Positions 37,601 through 49,461 of a DNA stretch of 64,000 bases are shown here, piece by piece; position 1 is the first letter of the stretch, and the number at the start of each line of letters is the position of its first letter. A program made the position numbers and the translations under genes. The notes beneath the pieces were generated by a model that was not told the DNA's origin, searched no databases, and saw nothing but the letters and a program-made list of their open reading frames with translations. This DNA is from Botryllus schlosseri (lineage: Eukaryota), in contig CM119374.1 in assembly GCA_051294905.1 (NCBI GenBank), positions 23,250,001-23,314,000 of the forward strand, in the 5' to 3' direction.

Positions 37601-40359
37601 CATGAATTTACCAAAACAGCTTGCTATTAAATGATGGAGTTTTCGTCGCACCTCTTTGGAGAAGTCGCCTAAATGAGAACAGTCCCTTTTAGAATACATT
37701 GAGCTGCTTCAATGTAAGGAAATTTATAATCTGTGGTGTTGCATGTGGTATTGCAACACTTTATATGATTGGAAAATCATTTATTCAAGAACATTTGGTC
37801 TAAACTGCACATAGATTCTATAACGACCGTAACAGTGATCTATCCCGGGACAATGAACAGGGAAACATATCATCAAGCACCATTGCACATAACAAGCCTG
37901 TGGTGTCCAACCATTTTTCTCAGCAGACCGGTTCACATTTTACAATTCTGCTGCATCACTCCAAAGCAAAGACGATTTTAAATTTGTTTATATGTGCATT
38001 ACAACTGCATAGGTTTATCGAAGAAATTACAATTGCTAAATAGGCAATCAATCGCTTCAAGATTGAGAACCCAGAGCGAAAGTGAATCTGTCCTGCCGTG
38101 AAGCTTTCTTGTTCAAGCACCAAAATTGTGCCACATTGTAATGTTAGCTGTTTAGCTGCAATATTAAATGATTCAAAATTTCATCAGATTTCAAAGTCGT
38201 TTGGTGCGAATATATCTTGGCAGCTTTTCAGGATTCACCCTTCAATCTCCAGATTTCGGATTTTGTGATCCTATGTAGGAGGGTGACACAAATGGGTTAA
38301 CACAATAAAATGGTCGATTTCTTTCAGAGATGAGGATCCACGGAGTTGGGGGTCCGGACCCGCTGCATTTTAGTACACGGCGAAAATGATATATTCGGCC
38401 CGGGCTATCAGTCTAAACCAGGGGTGGGCAAACTTTTGAGCTCGCGGGCCGCATTCAACATCTGAATCCATTCGCGGGCCGCACCATATAAAATTGGGAT
38501 TATAAGCCAAAACGCAATATTAGTATTTGATTGTATAGTGAGGACATGGAGATAATATATGTGCTTATTTAAAACAAACCAAACATTGCCTTGATGATAT
38601 CGTACACGCGTCAGAAACATAGTGACGAGATTTCATAGGCTGGTCGACCTCAATAATCAATTTGTCAAAACTATAGAGATGAAAGTCGGTTGTTCCGATT
38701 CTTAGAACAGAATTGAAATTTAAATCTGTGAGCAGTGATCTGTTCATAGATTTACTAATTCCACTTGTGGTTCAGTTCCAGGACACATAATTCTGACAGC
38801 GCTTCTACTAGGCCTATGTGTAGATAAAATATAAAGACCCCAATTCCACGCATACAGAGAGCGAACCTACCTAAGACACGCGCGAATCGTTTTTTATAAG
38901 CACATCACTGAAATAATTAAAACTGGAGTGGCCAATCTGAAATACCACTCGTGATCCAAATTGTGTCAATCTCGTTTAGGATTGCTGTGATGTTTAGCAG
39001 TTGAAACCTTTCAAACTGCGTGGGCCTTGAGATCGGGCTGTCACTTTAGAAATTAAACATAAAATAATATAGGAGGTATTTACCTTAGAACAGTGGTTCT
39101 CAAACTTTTTGAGACACGCCCAACCCCTTATGATGGTGAAAGTTTTCCCAGCCCCCTTATCGTCATATCACAAAACGCAACCAGGATGCTAGAAAGCCTA
39201 ACGGATAATTTGATGGCATGGAAGGTTACGACTGTGGATGAGAGATTTTTAAATATGAAATTCAGACTAAATACAGAGCAATAACCATGAATCAGTGATG
39301 AATTGCGTGCAGCGCGAAAAATTTTTTGATTTGAGCTCAGGTTCGCGACCCCATTCAGATGCTTTCACGCCCCTCAGTTCGAGAACCACTGTCTCAAAAT
39401 TATCATGATCAAATATACTAAAAAAAGGTTAATTAAGTTCCTGCATTAATTCGATTTTCAGTACCCATTTTATCAATATTTTAAAAAAGTTTCTTTAGAC
39501 TCTTACGGACCGCACAGAACTGTGAAACGCGGGCCGTAGTTTAGCAACCCTGGTCTAAACTTTACGAAATGATTTTTTTCACATCGGTTAGTAATATTTG
39601 TACATTATTTAGGATCATGCAATTATACAATATACTAACAATGGCAAAATAAATTCTCTTTCCCCAGTATTATTCGCACAGAGTTTAATCAGCGTACTTA
39701 AATTCATGCTTACCATCGACAGTGATTTCATTCCTCAGATTTTCAAATACCTCCACGTGGATAAATTGAAAAATTTCGGAGGACTTCTCTTCACCAATCA
39801 GATTATAAAATTTCCAGTAATTTGGACACATTTCAACAGACATATCCCCACTACGGGGAGCAGTCACAGTTCTCAAATATGGATAAAGAAATCGAACACA
39901 GCGGTGCAGTGCGATTCTTTCATCACGGCCTGGATATTTTCCAAGTAAGATGGGTGCAGAAACAGAGGTGTGGCCTTTTTCTAATGTAGCACAAGTCTCA
40001 CTGGCATACTTCTTCAGATTAGATAGAGTTTCAGAGGTCAAGACTTTTTCAAGCTTCAGCCTGCACCAGTCTGCATTATTCCAATAATTCGTGATATTAT
40101 TTTTGTCCAGTTCAACGCACACAGTTTCAGAGACACATTTGTCTGGGATAGATGTTCTAGGGCGCTTTTCGTCACAGTCTGAAATGTCCTCATCAGCCAC
40201 GCGCTTCAGATTGCTTTGCGAGTCTGAGGCATCATCGTTTTTGATCTCTCCCTTGAAGCTTGAAACTTCGTCAACGATAAAATCTCCCGGTGCCCTTTTT
40301 ATTTTGGCTTCAAACCCAGGACCTTTATTGAAGAAAATCGGACACGAAGTCGACGTCAT
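31671..40359 (-). CDS. PUS7L: Pseudouridylate synthase 7-like (TruD family), about 725 aa
   Basis: Exons: 40359-39714, 37668-37483, 37423-37264 (FAGIKDKRAITTQ, catalytic Asp motif), 36041-35846 (LGELRGNRF), 35704-35576 (FVNYFGPQRFG), 35108-35003, 33990-33725 (LLYVHSFCSHVWN), 32831-32596 (PGAYRKLI), 31923-31671 (FELPPSCYATTFLSEL). They total 2178 nt with consistent phases. The N-terminus (FFNKGPGFEAKIKRAPGDFIVDEV; ERIALHRCVRFLYPYLRTV) resembles PUS7L rather than PUS7. The start codon is the most plausible ATG, not a proven one. Confidence 0.9.
33164..33644. mobile_element. Buster-type hAT MITE in PUS7L intron 7
   Basis: Termini CAGCGCTCTT...AAGAACACTG with a perfect TSD CTTTAGCC. Confidence 0.85.
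34310..34947. mobile_element. Buster-type hAT MITE in PUS7L intron 6
   Basis: Termini CAGTGGTTCTTA...TAAGAACCACTG with GGGTCGCG subterminal motifs and a perfect TSD GCCTACAC. Confidence 0.9.
36533..37175. mobile_element. Foldback element (same family as 18144-19054) in PUS7L intron 3
   Basis: Termini TAGGGGTGTTCAAAAATGAC...GTCATTTTTGAACAACCCTA. The arms are inverted over most of the length. It is inserted in a (TA)n tract with a partial TSD (ATATATAT / ATATATTA). Confidence 0.85.
38419..39552. mobile_element. Buster-type hAT MITE in PUS7L intron 1 with a nested 301-bp MITE (39091-39391)
   Basis: Termini CAGGGGTGGGCAAACT...TTTAGCAACCCTG with a perfect TSD GTCTAAAC. The nested element has CAGTGGTTCTCAA...CGAGAACCACTG termini and a degraded TSD. 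Confidence 0.88.
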
Positions 40360-40999
40360 CGGGTGAAAAGCTGAAAACTCACAACGAAATCGGAATCGCA
40401 ACAGAAACGCAGGTTTATGTAGTACACTCTGGAAAATATTCACGCATGTTGATTGATAATATTGACACGCCGACAGAGGACATGATAGAGATGCCTACTG
40501 AATGCTACCCAAATAGGAATCATTTTGTAGATATGGATACCAATAATATTTGAAATTATATTGTCAATTAAACAAAACCCGACAAGCAACAACTAAACAT
40601 TGCCATTGCAATGAATAGTTGGTAATTTCGCTTACCGATAACACGGTCCATTGACTCTCAGATTGCCTCTCCGGATCAGAGATTGTCTGATTCCGGAGTC
40701 CGAATCCGTCTGACTCCTGCTGACGATTTGAAATTCGGAGTCCGAAAAAATCCTGTCAATACCATGCTGAATCTTCATATTTCAGTGTAAATGTCCTGCT
40801 AAAATCCAACTTTGAAAGCGAATGCAAAATCCAGATCTAGTGAAACTAAGTAAAAGACCGATGAAATCTGGCTGCTACTCCGGCTCCTGAACCCGATCGT
40901 GGCCAGTGGCAAACCTTCTCGGGATAATGCTTGAAATAAATGGGGAGCTCCACTTCATTTTGTCAAAGCGGTGACGATTTACATAACTCGACCCAAATA

Positions 41000-41417
41000 A
41001 TAGATTACTAACCTACGGATAAAAGATCATCGCTCTATCAAATATGCGGGGCCTGATTTGTGGAACTATCGATAGTAGAACCAAAGTATCCACTATGGTG
41101 GAACAGTATCTCGTCGGCTATCCAACAGTAATCGAGCATGTCCATTGCTCACATCAAAGTCGAAATACAAGTAATTTCTACTGAATCAATTCTGGTCAGC
41201 CCTCAAGTTTACCGGACCACGACCTGCCCGGGTGTGCGTCTGACCTCAAAGACTGGTCCAAGTCGTTACGACACCTTCCTACGTTGTAAATTGCTATGTT
41301 CCTATCTTTTCATTGTATCGCAGTCTTGTGGTCGGGGATATCTAGAACTAGAGTTCGAGATATCCCTGCTTGTGGTGTTTTGAATTGATGAAAATTCTTA
41401 ATCAATTGAACTGAACG
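41000..41417 (+). mobile_element. 3' end of the second LINE family, copy 2, carrying two small insertions
   Basis: IKYAGPDLWNY RT remnant, then a UTR matching the reverse complement of 21690-21990, ending in a (TGAAC)n-like tail. Confidence 0.8.
41333..41368. mobile_element. 36-bp hairpin insertion with hAT-like termini and an 8-bp TSD
   Basis: CGGGGATATCTAGAACT-AG-AGTTCGAGATATCCCTG, in which 15 of 17 arm positions pair by Watson-Crick rules. It is flanked by CTTGTGGT (41325-41332 and 41369-41376). The paralogous LINE copies have a single (C/T)TTGTGGT. Confidence 0.8.
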
Positions 41418-41643
41418 TGACTGTATGGCTGAGTAACTAGATTAGCCTACAGCTAGAAACTTCTAGTAGTTCGTGATCAGATATGGTGACCCGAGCGCTC
41501 AATTTAACGAAAGTGGTGTTGAACGAAAGCGACTGTGGAAATGATTCGGAAAATATAACAGCAACTATTTCAAAATTGTCCTTAAAAGTCTAAATTTGTC
41601 ATTGTTTCGTACGGGTTCAATCCAAATCTTAATCGCTAGAAAA

Positions 41644-42285
41644 CTCGTAGCGTAGTGGTGAGCGTCGGTCGCCATCCGGGCAGGCGGCGCGGGTTAGATT
41701 CCCGCCGTCGGAGGTTATTCTGGGCTCCTCGTCCCCCACGTCGCTGTTCTTACGGCAATAAAAAAAAGCCCAGAAAGAAAGATCCAATGAAGAGAAAAAA
41801 GAGCAGGAAACAGAAAAAAACGGACCGACAAAGAAATAAAGGCTCTGACATCGGGCACTAAGTCGAAGTAGATGCCAGATCAAGAGACCCCAACTGGTTG
41901 GTTGGTCGTTCGGCACCCCCCCCCCCCCTATCATCTGTTCATTATATCACATTGTGTGCCTTGTAGCCTATAGCGGGGGAGATAGCGTAGTGGTGATCCA
42001 GTTCGATCCCCGTCGGAGGTTTATTTGGGCTCCTCTTCCCCCGCTGCCCAGAAAGCCCAGAAACAAGATCCGAAGAAAGAAAGCACTCACAAGGAATGGA
42101 AAGAACTAGTAGAAAGGGCCGCGGCTTCAATGATCAACATCGATAAAGAACTGTGACGTCGGGCACTCTAGGCCGAGGGGGATGTTTGAGTAAAGGACTG
42201 ATGCGTCTCGTTCGACATCCTCCTATCTGTTCGTTACATTGCATTGTGTCTTATCGCATTGTACATTGTATGTGTAGCTTGTTCA
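41644..42285 (+). mobile_element. Two tandem tRNA-headed SINE-like units (about 41644-41968 and 41969-42285)
   Basis: A-box TAGCGTAGTGG at 41648 and 41983, and B-box-like GGTTAGATTCCC and AGTTCGATCCCC. Shared blocks are CGTCGGAGG, TGGGCTCCTC, AAAGCCCAGAAA, TCGGGCACT, (C)ATCTGTTC and CATTGTGT. Confidence 0.7.
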
Positions 42286-43130
42286 GATGAAAATTATAAC
42301 CCTATGTGTTGTATTGTATTATATCACATTGTGTGGGTGTGTTGGCCAGATCATTACCACAAAACAATCTGGATTCTAACAGAAAGTATCATATGACGTT
42401 GAACATACTACCATGTCATTGGCAGTATTATCGGTTGTTGTGCTTGGTATACAACGTTTTATTAAGGGCAATCGTGAATTTCCATAAGTGGTCAAATTTC
42501 TCCTTGTAATCGGTATTCCCAATAATGCCGCTTTGCGGTTATCGATACCTCGTAATTGGAAATTTGACAGAGCAGATCAAAGTCAAAATTTAACTAGGTT
42601 TAACTATTTAGCGCTAGCACAGAGACCATATGATACTTAGCTATATCGTCACTATTCAATTCATTACTGAGACATACATGTCAAAACCAGGAACATGTCG
42701 GTATATATGACTAGATAGAGGAGATGGGTAAGAGATTATTGGCTACATTCGATATTCAACAAACATCCTGGAATAAATACTCATCCGAGGGATCAGTCAG
42801 AAAATTTTTCCGACTGACATTAGCATTTCACCCCTGTTTATAGTTTCTTGCAGTTTAATTGTTTCATTGCTAAATTGTAACTGTACAAAAATATCGTCGT
42901 CGCCTTGGTGCAATGATAGTAAAATTAACCATCGAAAATAGTCAGTGATAGAAATATTATTACCAATGGTTAACATTCCCAAATAAGGGCTTTGTTATAT
43001 ACCATCGCGGGCCATTGAACACGTTGAACTTTTCACAGCTTATAACAGCTCTATTGCTACATCAACGTGAGAAACCTATGCTGATGTCGATCAGGTATTT
43101 ATAGTGCTCCTATAGTGTCGATATTCGTAG

Positions 43131-43718
43131 GCCCGAGTGTCCCTTGTAATAGATATGGATATGGATAAGTTTTACAGATGTTGGACGAATTCAAAGCATG
43201 ACTGTGAAGACGAGGAAATTGTTATTTGGATTGGGAAAGGAAAATGGAAAGTTCGCATATCAACCGCGAATAGTTGCCCGAGTGTCCCTTGTAATAGATA
43301 TGGATATGGATAAGTTTTACAGATGTTGGACGAATTCAAAGCATGACTGTGAAGACGAGGAAATTGTTATTTGGATTGGGAAAGGAAAATGGAAAGTTCG
43401 CATATCAACCGCGAATAGTTGCCCGAGTGTCCCTTGTAATAGATATGGATATGGATATGGATAAGTTTTACAGATGTTGGACGAATTCAAAGCATGACTG
43501 TAAAGACGAGGAAATTGTTATTTGGATTGGGAAAGGAAAATGGAAAGTTCGCATATCAACCGCGAATAGTTGCCCGAGTGTCCCTTGTAATAGATATGGA
43601 TATGGATAAGTTTTACAGATGTTGGACGAATTCAAAGCATGACTGTGAAGACGAGGAAATTGTTATTTGGATTGGGAAAGGAAAATGGAAAGTTCGTATA
43701 TCAACCGCGAATAGTTGC
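43131..43718. repeat. Tandem repeat, 4 units of 145/145/151/145 bp
   Basis: Units start at 43131, 43276, 43421 and 43572 (GCCCGAGTGTCCCTTG...). The differences are one extra GATATG in unit 3 and single substitutions in units 3 and 4. Confidence 0.97.
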
Positions 43719-44870
43719 ATAATTGTTTGACGGACTCTAACGGCCGCTTCCTTGTCGACTAACCAACCAGCATGGAACGGTCTGAAATTTGGCTATACAT
43801 CATACCTTGTTTGATTCCTTAATTCACTATGATTTACTAGTATTTACAAATATATGCGCTCCAAAGTTAATATCATATTATGATACTGTCAGCTTCAGGT
43901 CAGATCATAAATCCATATTACGGGCAAAAATTGAAAGTGATGATAAAACGTGGCTGAGTATCATCGGGCGGCGTTTCTATAGTGTACTTCGGCCTTCGAT
44001 TGATTTGTCGGCAAATACCGTTTGATGTTCTATTGGTGAGTAGCTCAGAATGGCAAAATGTAAAAGAAATCCGAATAAGTGGAATAATTCGATCTTCTAT
44101 CCGAGATGAGAGAGAGGCACCGAAACAAACTGATCACATTTAAAACACGAGTGAAACAACATTGGGCACAAAGGACTCCTATTTTCTATCCAGCTAACCA
44201 TGTCAACAGCAGAAGGTCAAGCTTCTTGGCCGAGAGGGATTGCGACCCATTCGCACTCTCATATTACAATAGTGACATGGACCAGCGATATCGCAATATA
44301 TTATTGTGTACCGTGGCATACCATGGCCTAGTAGGCCATGTGTGTACAAATAATCTTTTCAATCCTCTAGCGAGGTCCATGTACTGTGATAGCAAGCAAT
44401 TATATATCGTTCGGCATTTCATTGTCTGATGCATTTCCGTTAATCACGCAACTACATGGGGCATATTCCATCAACCAACGGTATATATTACTTTTAAGTA
44501 TATCATGACACTAAATATTGTATCCAAATACTCTGTGGAAGTAGACATTTCATTGATGCAAGTCTCAATGGTAGTTGTTGCTTTTATTTTCCCAATTATT
44601 TACTCTCCAATACGTTGAGCAAATGAGCATATAAAAATCGTTATGTCACCTTTTGAGAGTCGATGTACCTTCAGGCGGCGCGATGACAAAATTACAGTGG
44701 GTTAATTAAGCGGGTAGATTCTGCTGTCTGAATATAACTGAAATTCTGATTACTTCGAATAGCAAGTACAGGTCTCTGGACATCTACACGGTGTGTTTTC
44801 ATTGAGATTAAACTCTTATAGAGGAGCTATAATACTCTAACTATCCGAGGTAAAATGTCATCTCTATACC

Positions 44871-45713
44871 CAGGGTTGCCATACCGTCCTTATTTCTAAG
44901 ATTTGTCCTTATTTTGAAAGGCCAAGGTCTTAGAACACTCAACTGTCCTTATTTTTAAGAAATGTCCTTGTTTTCGACTTGCGTCCTTATTTTGTCTTAT
45001 TTTCAACAACTACAGAACTTCGATCGTTTTCATCTGGTATCTGTGTTACATAATATTTTCAAATTAGGTTTTTGAATTGTGGTTTTATGACATAGATGAA
45101 AGTTACTCCCGTTATGTACATGGCACAGGATTTGACTTCTAAGTGGTGAGATAGCTAGGGCGGCAGAGAGGGGTAGCAGTTTAGGCTCTACCAAGCTATC
45201 GCGGCGGACCTCATTTTAGCAGTAAACAGCAGTACCAGGTTTCTGCTGTTTAGTCTAGAGCAGAATAAGCTGTGGGGAAGGCAGCATTTATTGTGTAGTG
45301 GAAAAGGGATCCGTGCAGTCGACACTTGGGTTGAAAAGTAGACAAGCTATAAATCATTGATAAATTTATCTAAATTATGTGACACATAAAGTTTTAACTA
45401 CTAATAAGTCTAAATCTGATTAGTTGAAACGAGCAAGCGTAAAAACGATATTCGTGAGAGAGAATTTTAAAGTATCAAACGAAGCTTGGAGGGCGAGTGT
45501 TTTGCACATTGTAATATTTGCAATTGTGCCATTAACCTGGGGGCCATAGGAAAGACTGCTATTTCAACTCACACAAAGTATGTACAAAAACACTTTTTTA
45601 ATGTTAATCTAATTTTTCGACTGTCCTTATTTTGGGTCCACGTTCATCCTATATTTAGCGTGTGTACAATTTATTAGTGGATTAAACAATATCATGTCGG
45701 TATTACCACCGTG
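44871..45713 (+). mobile_element. Degenerate hAT deletion derivative with a BED-like zinc-finger remnant
   Basis: Left TIR CAGGGTTGCCATACC with TGTCCTTATTT subterminal repeats, and a possible right TIR GGTATTACCACCGTG (11/15). Bases 45486-45600 translate as ECFAHCNICNCAINLGAIGKTAISTHTKYVQKH (C-x2-C...H-x6-H). No TSD. Confidence 0.6.
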
Positions 45714-48700
45714 TTTTGTCCTGTTATGGAAATATATCTTCCTCTATTTTTCTGGTCGTCGTCGAACGGCGAGATGGAGCCGTGGAAAAATATCTCAAGG
45801 CAGTTCTGAAGTAGATATTATATTCATCAAATCCCACCAGCACTCCATCTGTGTCAATAAGTAAAATTACTCGAAGAAATGCCCAGCTGCCTGGTTTACA
45901 ATTGCGATCAGGAATATTTTTTATTTTTTATTTTTGTCGAGAGATTCATGGGCGACGGTTTTCAGCATGCCGCGCGATTCATAGTATTTCGTTTATTGTA
46001 CGAAAAGATTGCTAGATTGTTTTAAGGCTGTTGAGTTTGACAGTTCAGTATCTCTACTCTGCGGCTATGTTCGTTTGACATCAGGCAAAATCGCATCACA
46101 ATATTTCACAATGTTTTTACTGCGTAAATGTAATAAAATTGTATATATATATGCATTTTTTATCGTACTTCTAGTCTCGTTGATATTGCTTGACGCAGGT
46201 TCGTAATAATCATTCGTGTAACTGGTTTGATAAACGTAAGTAAGTTTTTCAAACGGGTATTCCGGCCATTTCTTATTTCCCGCAACATTTTACCAAGATC
46301 GTGATCGAAAGGGGCTGGGGACACCATGGTTGGAATTCAAGGCTATTTCGTATTTTGCAGCATTTATGACATGGTGATGGACTCACGCTTACCACGAATC
46401 CTTTGATTACTGAGTTTGACACAATGTGGTCATACTGCAATGGCGAATGCTGGGTAATGATCAGTTCACAATGTGCTCAAGTGAGATTAGTAGATGCAAC
46501 ATATGTTTGAGATTGTGGCCTGTAATTAGATATTTATCATCAGCTCACAATTTATTAACTTTGGAGAATTCGATCTCAGTTGGAACTCAGTGTAGTACAC
46601 CACCAGCTCGTCATTCGCCAGAATCTAAATTAATATAGCGCGCGGGGAATATCGTGGTGTAAAATCGTCTCGTTTCAGAAAGCCGGTATATGGACTATAA
46701 AGTATTATAGACTATATATCTACTGTGCATTCGTCGGACGCCAATAAAATGTATCACCGCACAACCCACTGGGTCTGTAAACCAAAAATAAGAACGCCCC
46801 GTCATCATTCGATTGAAATGGAATATCCCACTGAATTGGGTAATGCTACGTTTCATTCTCACGATAGTCAAATCAACACCAGGTGGTTTTAGTTTGTATC
46901 AACAATTCTTTGGAATCCGCGAACGGGAGCATTGAAAGCATCGTCAGTTCACGCGTGAAATCGACTTTCGACCGAATGCAGAGTAGTACATTCGGATGTC
47001 CGGATTTAGTTTTGTTGTTTCATGAGGCGTGTGACAGGCTACAGGTGAAATGAAAACAATGCTTTATTGAGACATACAGCGTTCCGAACAACATACCCAC
47101 CGCGCTTCAACTCCACAAACATTGGATTATGTAGATCACAATTCTAAATGCATTACCTGAGTGGGTAGTGATCTGATTGATATTGTCGTTCGGATCTGAT
47201 TCACGCTAGGATAAGTCAATGGTTGGAACTTCGAGGTTGTTACATTATACAGTATTACAGGACGCTTCGGGCTTCAGGGTGATGTAAAATTTGCAACGAA
47301 TACACGACCATTATATATAGAATTTCGAACCAAAATGACGTGTAACACCGACCTACCTTCGCCTCTTAAACTTGAGTATACATTCACCTGGGTCATCTCA
47401 TCGCCACTATATTCAAACCTCACGTTACACGGACGGAGGTGGTTGTAATCTATAGCCCATATGTTACCACTCATGCTTGCGATGTTTTGAGTGCTGTGTC
47501 TCCATATTAATTAGGTGTCTTGAATTTTTGTTTGGATTGTGGAATTCGTGGCGGCTAGACATTCTGCTCCAACAATCATTATTGTAATGAACCGGTTGGC
47601 GATAAATCCATATGGAACGAGTGGATAATTTGTCAGTGTTGTGATTGCGAGAGAAAGGCGTCTCGTCGCACACGAAACGGTTTTTGATTAATCTTTCCAA
47701 ATCGTGAGTTCGCGAAATGGGCCATTTTTAGAATCGTAGAAATATATCTAGATCGCGATCGTGTTAGTAACAATTTAGCACATTTTCTTCTGACTACTTC
47801 GTAGAATATTCCGGCGCAAAAGTTAAAGGTATGAAGTAACGATTAGATACGTGGTGTCGCGGTGATTAGGAAATAGTGTTATCCCTTCATCTTAGATTCG
47901 ATATAGGATGCGTAGTTCTTATGAGTTCATTAAAGCCAAATAGACTTAAGCCTTCATGATTCAGCGTTAAAAAATGCTTACCGCGAGGTCTTTCGCTGTG
48001 GGTAATAGGTATAGTTTATTTGTACTCAATTGGAATCTTACCGGAAAACATTCATCATAACTGTCGCTAGGTTTGAAGTTTTAGCCTTGGCACGCTGTAA
48101 GCATGACTGATTCTGAAATTATGCTTTTGTTTTTCTAGTGTTTTACTCATGGTAATTATAGCTTTTGCAACGATGTATAAATATGGGTAGTCATTTTTTG
48201 CTGTAGATTTGTGCAGGGCGGCTGTAATTTACAGGTGAACAGCTTTCATCGCCAGCTGCCGAATCAGTGTTTTGATGGATTTAGTTTAGCCGACCTCGCC
48301 TGCATCGGTGCATATTTGGAAGCCTGTCGAGATCAAGTAGAAAAACCGGCAAATATTTGCTAACGCATGGGATGTGTGGAATTCGCGCTATTTGAACAAC
48401 CTCCGCCTCATTAGTGCCTTCGGTCCAATGTAAAACCCCAAAAAGTGTGACTAAAGCACGCTTCTGCTGATAGCAATCAGGGTACTTCTGAAGTGACGCG
48501 TACACGACAAAGATAGTTAACTACCGGTGTGACTCGTATCGCTTCGGCAACGACTACGGATTTTGATTCACGTGTTCGCCGCAAGTAGTGCGGGCATGTA
48601 ACGGCAGACAGTTCCGAAACCACCGTACTCTGACATTTGTAGTCAGCGCGTCACATATCTTCCGCGTATTCCGTAAGGTCGGATGATTTTCAATCATGAG

Positions 48701-49461
48701 ATACCATGAGCAATTGAGCATTGATTAACATGCCGTAGAATTGAAGGTTTATTGGTAGTATGCGTACCCCGTGCGGTATATGTATTATTATGTATCGAGA
48801 ATATAGTACGTCGGATTAGTGGGAATCATGTACATTTTTCGAAAGAGATTCCCGCGGAATTTATGTTTTAACGTTATGTCTTACCATTGTGAGAGATGAC
48901 TTATTATAATTGGCCGATGAGGAATGTAAAAGTAGTCTGTCTTCAGTTTTGGTGCGGGGTGCGAGGTAGAATGAACGCTTCTCCCGTGTACTGTCTTGAC
49001 AACTCGCGTAATATAGTGGCTCGCTGAACGATCCACTAGTCTCGCTAACATTTTTTTCACGCAATCACAAACAAGACATTGTGATAATATGATTTGCACG
49101 GAGGCCTCCAGATTAATTGAGATCAGACACCCGTGGACTACGTACGCATAGAGAATCGCCGGTCGGTCGCAGAAGCCTCATCATACCAGACGTGTGGGAG
49201 CATCAGGACCAGGGTAAATTTGATAAATTTGAGGATAGCTTGTAGCAGCTTGCTTAGCGCAGATACGAAATGAAATATGCGTTTCCTTATCTCCTTACCT
49301 TCGTCTATAATTCACAGAAATATAGGCATGATTCAAAATAAGTCGGTTGTTATGTTAAATCGGGTGTAGCCGCGTTAAAATATTCAGTTTCAATAAGTCT
49401 GGTCTATACAACATCACTGTACAATCGACGTTAAAGTACTCGGCGTCCTGTACATCACAGC

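Noticed and set aside
31671-40359. Horizontally acquired bacterial truD
   Set aside because: The gene has nine exons with spliceosomal introns and a eukaryotic PUS7L-type N-terminal extension.
43131-43718. CRISPR-like array or coding VNTR
   Set aside because: The units are contiguous with no unique spacers, there are no cas genes, and the context is eukaryotic. The 145-bp period shifts frame, so the three overlapping ORFs are artefacts of repetition.
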